A DNA stretch of 64,000 bases from assembly GCA_964016885.1 (NCBI GenBank), contig OZ024742.1, positions 366,606,001 to 366,670,000 of the forward strand, written 5' to 3'. The DNA is from Eledone cirrhosa. Its lineage: Eukaryota. Under the pieces are notes generated by a model, which did no database searches, had not been told where the DNA came from, and saw only the letters and a list, made by a program, of their open reading frames with translations. Below, in pieces: positions 55,865-64,000 of the stretch. Position 1 is the stretch's first letter, and each line of letters starts with the position of its first letter. A program made the translations under genes and the position numbers.

Positions 55865-58800
55865 TTACAGTTTGTTCAAAAGAATGCTTTTGATGACAAC
55901 ACTCTTAGTTGACTGGGTATCCTTCAGAAACACTCTGACATTTTCTTTTCGTTTTCCGCGGCTAAGGGCTACATACAGTTGACCGTGTTGGAATACAGGT
56001 CGTTCCAGATAAACCAAGACGTTTTCCATAGTTTGTCCTTGTGCTTTATGAATAGTCATAGCGAAGCACGATTGAACTGGGAATTGACTTCGCTACAAAG
56101 GGATATCCTCACCTTCGGATAGATTAATTCTTATTCTAGGTATCATAACGATCTCATTTCTGAAAGCAGCAGTGTTGATTCTTGCTACTATGAGATTGTC
56201 GTGCAGTTCTTCTACGATCATGCGCCTTCCATTACAAGTCCTTGGAGGATTCAAGTTCCTCATTAGAATTATTGGTGATCCTTTTTTCAATTCCAGGTTA
56301 TGTGGTGGCAGTCCTGATAGTTCAACCGAATCAAGGAATTCAGTCGGGAAATGAGTGATATTGGCTCCATCACTCACAGAATTATAGGATCGGTAGTCTT
56401 TTATGGTTCCAGGGAAGCGTCTGATACAAGTGGAATTGATGCTTCTCATCATTTCATTGAGAGGTACTAAGATGCAATTGTTCGAAAACACTTCAGCTGG
56501 ATTGTCGAATAAGGGGTAGATGAAATCAATACATTCTTCCGTAGTTGTTGCTTGGAGAACCATTTCTTTTGGCAAAATAATTTCCTCATTTTTAGTTTTT
56601 TTTATCTTATCTTCTCCAATATCCAATAGGAACTGTGAATAGTATCCTGCTCCCCCACCCAATCGCATGTTTGTCTTCAACTGAAATCTTTTGAAGCTTC
56701 GCCATAAGTAAGATTTTTTAATGCAGGCGTTTTCCACGTCCGCTTCATTTCCCCTTTTCACTACCGGAAGAAGCTGACGGAAATCGCCACAGCAAATTGT
56801 CAAAATTCCACCGAATGCCTCATTGTTGTCGCATATGTCACGCAGAGTGAGGTCAACAGCATCGAAGCTTTCCCCCCGAATCATAGGACACTCATCCCAA
56901 ACAATCAGACTTTTATGCTGGAAGAGGTTTGCCGTCTTTGAGTTTTTATCAATGTTACACAGACCATTTTCTTTCACTACTATCAGTATTTTGAACCTAG
57001 AATGCGCTGTTCTTCCACCAGGTATCAGTGTTGCGGCAATGCCAGATGACGCAACAGCAATAGCCACGTCACCGTTTCCCCTGACTTTTGAAAGAATTAA
57101 ATTAATTAGGAATGTCTTTCCTGTTCCACCTGGAGCGTCAATGAAAATCAATTCAGATGTGTTCGTCTCTAAACTGTTACAAACGAAGTCGTACACGTGT
57201 TTTTGTTCACTATTCAATAGAGGCTCCGTCTCTTCTACAAATCGTCGCTGCTCTTCTCTGGTGTTTTGCATTTCATGCAATAACTCCAAATTGCCAATAT
57301 CCTGATTAGCAACAATATTATTTGGCCTTGGCAAGTTAAAGTCACTAAGACTTTTGCCCAGGTCGTTAAGTTTATCTTTAAAATACAGAAGACATTGATC
57401 ATAATGTCTCTCGCTAATCAAAAGGTTAGGGTTTCTGGTATCCCTTTTTTTCTATTTGAAGGTAATCCTCAGACAGCGAATACTTAAATCGAACCCATAA
57501 AGCACTGGAATTGTCAATTTCCGTATTTGTGAGGAGCACGATGAATAGATCTCTCATGGCTTTGGGAAGCCTTGTACGCTCAGCATCTTCCAGAGTCTGA
57601 TGCCAATGATCATCCGATTGAAGCAAACCCTTCTCTCTGCAGACGTCTTTGAATAATGTCAGGAGTTCTCTATCACACATTTTCAAAGAGTTGAAGGATA
57701 CTGGACCTTTGACGTGATACAGAAGGAGTCTTAAATAATACAGGTCACCACTTCGTGGAGAAACAGTGTATACTCGTCCCACAACGTTCGCCTCAAAAAT
57801 CCCTGGATACTGCTCAACTGTTTCCCCCCACCTTTCTCCTTTCCCACCTCTTATTACTCCAAGTGTAAAACTTTGGGACATCGCCATAATACAATATTTT
57901 TGCAAACGGATCGCGATCGCAAAGATCCATGAACTCAGTCAGAGTCACCTTAGCCATGTTATTGTCTACTTTAACAGCAGCATTGACCCGAAAGAAGGCT
58001 TGATTTTCCTCAGGTAGATGAACTTGAAGGCGAACTACGGCCGGTTCTCTCTCATGAATTGGAAATCCAAGTACCAAGGCAACAGCTTCTGAAGGAACGA
58101 TATATCTTCCTGTTAAATACTGTATTATCTCATCTTCCCTGTTCACTCCAGACATTGCCTGATCACTGCCCGTCATGGTATATTTGATAACGTATTTGAT
58201 CGATTTCACGGAAGAGCACATCTCTACGTTTAGGTGGCAGTTTAACAGTTTTAATAGTTTCTATATTGTAGGGAGCCACCCATTCCGAAGTTATATTTCA
58301 GCTTCCCCTTCCTTCTTGGCGCCCCTCAAATCCTCCCATCCCTGGAGACCGTCTTCTGTACACAGGATAAGAGTCCTCTCCACACAATGTATATTCACTG
58401 AAAGGCTTAAGGTACCGCTTACTGCACGTTCTATCTTTCCAACTCGGCGAATTGTTAAAGGAATTCGGACCATGGATCATGTGCTTCAGCACCAATTCAT
58501 GACCCTCTGGATCTTTGTTTGGATCTGGTATTTCGGCTTGAACAAATTTATCATATTCCTGCGGTCTGGGCTTGGAGGCTTCATTGAGCCATAGCAAACA
58601 GTGCAGATGAGGAAGACCTCGCTTTTGATATTCGACTGTCAGCACGTAAGCTATGCACTTGCCAAATAGGCCATCTACTCCAGTAATATACTTTCTTAGC
58701 AGTTTCCGCTTCAGGTCAAATACTCTGGCAATTAAATATGGCCTGTAATGTGGCTTCTGATTCAGGAATAGGTTTTGCCGGATTTCAGGCCAGTTTGGAT

Positions 58801-60179
58801 TGCATGTCATTGTGATGAAGAACGAAGGATGCCGTACTTCCGTATGTACATCCTGGCATCGCTCCATCATATATCTCGGTCCACCGACAAATGTGGAAGA
58901 GAGTATGATTCGCCTGCCAATATTGCGAAAATCGTCATCATCATTCAATGCGTCAGTAAGGCCCTTGTACGTTGTAGATCGCAATGATGTTTGATTCATT
59001 CGGATGTATTGCAGTCTATCTCCTTCAATCTTGTCAACCAAATATTGCTGAAATAAACGACCGCCTCTGAGAAGTTGGTTGAATTCATTCTCATGGTTCA
59101 TTATTCGATAGGCATAGTAGCGCATTGGCGTCAACTTCTTGTTGTTGCTCATTAACAACTCATGATGCCATCGGTCATCGCCAAAAGGAAAAAATAGAAG
59201 ATACTGCAAACTGTCATAGGACCGATGGGACTCTGAGATTATTTGCAATTGTCCGCATTTTTCTTTCAACACAATGTGCCGTGCTTTTGCTTGAAGTTCG
59301 GTGCTATTTTGTATAATAACGGCAACTTCGTTTGCAGTTTGTGCATTGAATCTTCTCTCATGTTCCATTGCTGGTCTCCTATCAGGATCAATAATAATCG
59401 AAGCTCCGGGAATATTTTTTATTTGTTCTTTTGCCATTCGAAATGAAGCAACGTAGGGTTATATTGTCTGAGTATTATTTCCAATAATTCAACTATGTCG
59501 CGCTGAGTGCCATCGTTATGGAGTATCCTGATCCTCAAATCAACACTATCCTGAGTATCCAAGAAGTAAATTGGAAGAAATTGGGGTTGTTCGTTGGGAT
59601 TAGGGGTTAAGGAACCGATGTAATGGTGAATTTGACCATGAATAACGATAGAAGGATTCCATCCACTTCTTGAGGAACGAACTTCTGCGGCCCAAAAAGA
59701 TGTCATTTGGAACAGGAAGTGGTATTGTCTGAGGTTCTTCCTGAACTCGTTTGCCCTAGGTTGATCAGTACTAAATAAACTGTGAAGTTCCTGGGGTAAA
59801 GGCTGCAGATTCCCCAACCTGACTTTTCCATTCATACAGCAAAAGTTAGCAGTTTCACCATGAAAAAGCATTGCATGACAACAGACACAGATCTTATTCA
59901 TCTGTCCAACATCAGCGGAGAGGTCACGGCGTTGGCAAAGACGTTCAGCTCTCCGACCATCTGATGCATGATCTCTCCTGCTTCTGTCTCTTTCCCTCTG
60001 TTCCGCCAGACGCTCAGCCCTTGCTTTATCAGTCTCATCGATCCTTCTATTCGCATTCCTGTCCCGATCTTGTTGGCGTTGACCACTATCTTGCTCACCT
60101 TCTTCGGCTCTCCTTAGCCGTGCTTTCTTTCCACTATCGATAGACCAACCAGATGTTTTTTTCTTCCTCGTCGAGGCAT
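55865..60179 (-). pseudogene. Helitron RepHel (HUH Rep plus PIF1-like SF1B helicase), fragmented
   Basis: N-terminal CVCC...FCCMNGK; Rep motifs FFITMTCNPNWPEI, VEYQKRGLPHLH and YVIKY; helicase motifs [32 protein letters not shown] and [10 protein letters not shown]; multiple stops and frameshifts. Confidence 0.95.
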
Positions 60180-60274
60180 TATTTAAGAATCGAAAATCGT
60201 ATTCACCTTAGAAAAAATTCCTATTACTTCAACAAATATTTTCTTTAAAATCATAATTTAGAAATATTTCTAAA

Positions 60275-61119
60275 CTAGCTGTAAAGCCCGGCGTTGCTCG
60301 GGGCTGCTCAATAGCTTTGTTAAAGTTACAATGTTAAGTTCCTTTCTTGGCTTAAAAACTGTAGAGTCTACAGTGTAGACTTTCATGTGGTACTTTTGAT
60401 TAATATTCACTCAACCAACAGTGTGCCTTATGAAGTTAAGAAAACATAACCATAACCCGAATGTTAAAACAAAAGAGGATGCTGGGGATAAAAACTGCAC
60501 TGGTAATCTATTAACAAAAATCGAAAAGGTAAACACTGCAACACTTGTCTCAGAGAAAACCATCAGCGTAACCAAACTATCGGTTATGTTGAAACAAAGA
60601 AATTGGATGGACATGAAAAACAAAAAAAAACAAAAAATGCATACAAAATATTTGCTTGTTTTACGGTGTATTCAAATAGGCGGTGTTTTCAAATAAAAAT
60701 ATTGTTTTAAAAGACTTTTTAATGGAAATGAAGCAAAATGGAAGCTTAATGTTGAAACTTCGAACTCATGAACTTTGCAGGTTAAAATGTTGCTGGTCCG
60801 AAAACTGTTCGCGTATTTTTCTACTTTTGCACGCGTCGTATATTCGTAACGTAAATAGATAGTCAGAATGACACCATAAAAGGGAAATAACTCGTCTCTG
60901 ATCTCTATTTATACATTTGAACTGAAAAATCAATACATTACAAATTCGATTTTTGCACTTGGCGTGGGTCGATTTGAAATTTTTTTTGACCGATGTCGCC
61001 GCCGGACCTTCATTTATAAGTGTAGCAATTTCATCAAAATTTGAACGTACGGTTTAGTAGGAGATGTGTGCCGACCGTTTTAGTCGACAGACAGACAACC
61101 TCAGTTTTATATATATAGA
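60275..61119 (-). mobile_element. Non-autonomous Helitron 1
   Basis: Minus strand starts TCTATATATATAAAACTGAGGTTGTCTGTCTGTC and ends with the hairpin CCCGAGCAACGCCGGG followed by CTAG|T. Confidence 0.82.
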
Positions 61120-61649
61120 CTAGCAGAAAACCACCCGGTGGGCGGTTTTCTGCTAGCAAATCTAGTGTATATACTGATATTGTTGAGATTTGGATGAGAA
61201 ATGTTTTCGGCACCACATGTTCACCGTCTCTCGGTGTGTCTTTTATCCATGTATAAATATATATGTTATCTATACGGTGAAATCTTTGAAATAAATATAT
61301 GTTAAAACGAAAACGGAGAAAAAGAGATTAGTGACGGAAATATAAACTTTATGATACATAAACGTTATGATATAACGATGGAAATATATCTTCAAATGGT
61401 CCTTGGCATGGTGTCAAGTCAGAACCGCCTCGAACTGGTTACTTCTGGCTTGTGCAAGGTGTCTCTATAGCAACCAGCAATTCCCTCGGCCTCAGTGACC
61501 AAAGTCAGTGGAGAGGGGAAGGTAATGTTTCTATAGCGACAGTGTTTCTCTTGGTAGTACCAAAGTGGAGAAAGGAAGGGGAAGGTAATATTTCTGTAGC
61601 ACCTACATTTGAGTTTTAGGGAAGGACAGACAGACAGACAAACAGAGAA

Positions 61650-62609
61650 ATGCCCATATATTTCTGTGTGTGTGTATATATATATATATTACACACACAG
61701 AAATGTATATATATTTCTGTGCGTGTATATATATATATATATATATATATATTACACACACAGAAATGTATATATATTTATGTGTGTATATATATATATA
61801 TATATATTACACACACAGAAATGTATATATATTTCTGTGTGTATATATATATATTTCTGTGTGTGTATATATATATATATTACACACACAGAAATGTATA
61901 TATATTTCTGTGTGTATATATATATATTACACACACAGAAATGTATATATATTTCTTAGAACAAAATTATTATTAATGTTTTGCTGTTCATAACAATTGG
62001 AATTGAAAAATTACTTTTGAAATTATTAGTTATTTTACTAATGCTTAGATATGTAAAAATGAAGCAATGTTTCTAATAATTGTTTCTACTTTTGGCACAA
62101 GGCCAGCAATTACCCAGTACATTACTGGTACTTTATTTTATCGACCCCGTGAGGATGAAAGGCAAAGTTAACCTCGGCGGTATTTGAACTCAGACCGTAA
62201 AGGGACGTAACTCCATGCTATGAAGCATGGTGTCCGACTCTCTACAGATTCTGCCAATCCACCGCCCTAATGTCTGTACGTAATGAGGGAGTGAGAGGGG
62301 AGAGAAAGAAAGGCAGAGGTGTTGTGACGAAGTGACTCTCTCCTCCTCCTCCTCCTCCTCCATCTCCCCATTCGTCACAGCGATAGAGGGGAGGAATGTT
62401 AGTGTGTTACAAAGAGAAAGAGTGAGAGTGAGAGAAACAGACAGACTAAAAGAGAGGGATAGCTGGAGAGAGAGAGAGAGATAGCAACAGATACAGTACA
62501 GTAGCTAAGGGATGTATATATATTTCTGTGTGTATATATATATACATTTCTGTGTGTGTAATATATATATATATACACACAGAAATATATATACATTTCT
62601 GTGTGTGTA

Positions 62610-62644
<35 letters not shown>

Positions 62645-62845
62645 AATATATATATATTTCTGTGTGTGTATATATATATATATATTACGCACACAGAAAT
62701 GTATATATATTTCTGTGTGTATATATATATATATTACACACACAGAAATGTATATATATTTCTGTGTGTAAATATATATATATTTTTGTGTGTGTATATA
62801 TATATATATTACACACACACAGAAATGTATATATGTTTCTGTAGC
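61650..62845. repeat. Two arrays of a self-palindromic minisatellite (ACACACAGAAAT..TATATTTCTGTGTGT) at 61650-61956 and 62513-62845
   Basis: Direct inspection. Confidence 0.85.
62085..62268 (-). mobile_element. tRNA-derived SINE nested in Helitron 2
   Basis: Reverse complement gagttcaaataccgccgaggttaactttgcctttcatcctcacggggtcgataaaataaagtaccag. Confidence 0.8.
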
Positions 62846-63149
62846 ACTCCTCAATTCCCCCCTCTCTCCCTCCCGCTATCCCTCTCTTGTAGTGTGTTTC
62901 TTTCTTTCACTCTCACTCTCTCTCTACGCGTGCGCAAAAAACATTCGCACGCGCGCACGTGTTTTAGCGTCTATTCACTCTCTCTCTCTCTCTCTCTCTC
63001 CCTCCCGCTATCCCCCTCTCGTAGCTTGTCTCTTTCTTCCACTCTCACTCTCTCTCTACGCGTGCGCAAAAAACACTCGCACGCGCGCACGTGTTTCCAC
63101 GGTCAAACAGACAGACAGAGAAATTGCTGGTTATATATTATAAGGAGAT

Positions 63150-63690
63150 AATGAAAATATTGTCTGTTTAAACAACTCGTATTTTTCAAATCATATTCAC
63201 TTAAAAAATACTTATTAATAATTAAAATATTCTGTTTAAAGAAAGCTGAAATATATATAGTCAGTGTACAAATAATTTGTATTTTTTAAGTCATTTTCAC
63301 TTAAGAATATTTTTTAAATATGCCAAGAAATATTTTTTCCATCGTATTCACTTGAAAATAATTTTTTAAAAAATGAAGATATTGTCTATGTAAATAAAGC
63401 TATTTGTGAAATCAAATTCACTTTAAAATATTTCTAAATAACTGAAATATTCTTTTTAACAAAATCAAAAAATATAAACACCTACTGTTTAACACCAACT
63501 GGTATTTTTCAGTGATAATCACTTAATGCTTTTCTGATAACTAAAATATCGTCTGTTTAAAGAAAGCTGAAATATAGATACTTGAAGTACAAACAACTTG
63601 TAGTTTTGAAATCATATTCACTGAGAAATCACTGAAAAATCTTTTTTTCATAATTATTAAACTATTTTCATCATTCGAGAAATATTTTTA
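63150..63690. repeat. Degenerate AT-rich tandem repeat (atcatattcactt...aaatatt), continuous with 60190-60274
   Basis: The same motif lies on both sides of the nested Helitrons. Confidence 0.7.
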
Positions 63691-63854
63691 TGTCGATTTA
63701 CGTCAAACCTGTTTTATCCCCATTTCAGGGTTATATCACTTACAGGGCTATTTTTCCATTATGCACCGTTTTGGCTATTTACGAAGGTATCCTACACACA
63801 CACACAAACACTCACAAATATATATATATATATGTCTCTAACTTAAGTATTGTT

Positions 63855-64000
63855 ACACACACATATACACACACATGTCTCTAAGTACGTAAACACATGC
63901 ACTGGCACACATACACATACATATACACACACATGTCTCTAAGTACGTAAACACATGCACTGGCACACATACACATACAGATACACACACATGTCTCTAA
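63855..64000. repeat. About 58-bp tandem repeat (acacatgtctctaagtacgtaaacacatgcactggc) running off the window
   Basis: About 2.5 copies visible. Confidence 0.8.

Larger units (their letters stand above)
61120..63148 (-). mobile_element. Non-autonomous Helitron 2, directly abutting Helitron 1
   Basis: Minus strand starts A|TCTCCTTATAATATATAACC...TCTGTCTGTCTGT and ends with a hairpin (61120-61156) and CTAG. Confidence 0.75.
55093..63690 (-). mobile_element. Formerly autonomous Helitron (5' end not located; right boundary approximate)
   Basis: RepHel pseudogene; the minus-strand 3' end has a hairpin TGACC-aaacg-GGTCA followed by CTAG|T at 55093. Confidence 0.85.

Noticed and set aside
55865-57421. 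Host PIF1 helicase gene
   Set aside because: Collinear with HUH Rep motifs and Helitron termini, so it belongs to the RepHel pseudogene.

Overview
Eukaryotic (animal) repeat-rich genomic DNA. The dense (TA)n/(CA)n/(TC)n microsatellites and the tRNA-derived SINE families suggest a cephalopod such as octopus (inference, not verified). No intact host gene can be identified, and most ORF-track entries are microsatellite artefacts. Recognisable elements: the 3' end of an R4/Dong-type non-LTR retrotransposon (1-1250); a Tx1/L1-type LINE in a (TATC)n tract with a candidate 14-bp TSD (4892-8340); about 13.5 kb of mini/satellite arrays with 26, 36, 50, ~30 and 20 bp units (8760-22215); a 5'-truncated Penelope-like element with a C-terminal GIY-YIG domain, interrupted by a Chapaev3-type DNA transposon (24330-28790); further minisatellites; SINEs; an RTE fragment; and a decayed RepHel Helitron (55093-~63690) carrying two tandem non-autonomous Helitrons. 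The most striking signal is a set of more than ten hammerhead-ribozyme-like motifs (CUGANGA...GAAA...NUH) from several families, lying in short islands between (TA)n tracts. Several are arranged as fold-back inverted pairs, and several have greatly enlarged stem II domains. One ~545-bp non-coding unit is present both as a linear copy and as a circularly permuted inverted copy, which suggests a retrozyme-like system mobilised by Penelope-like elements.
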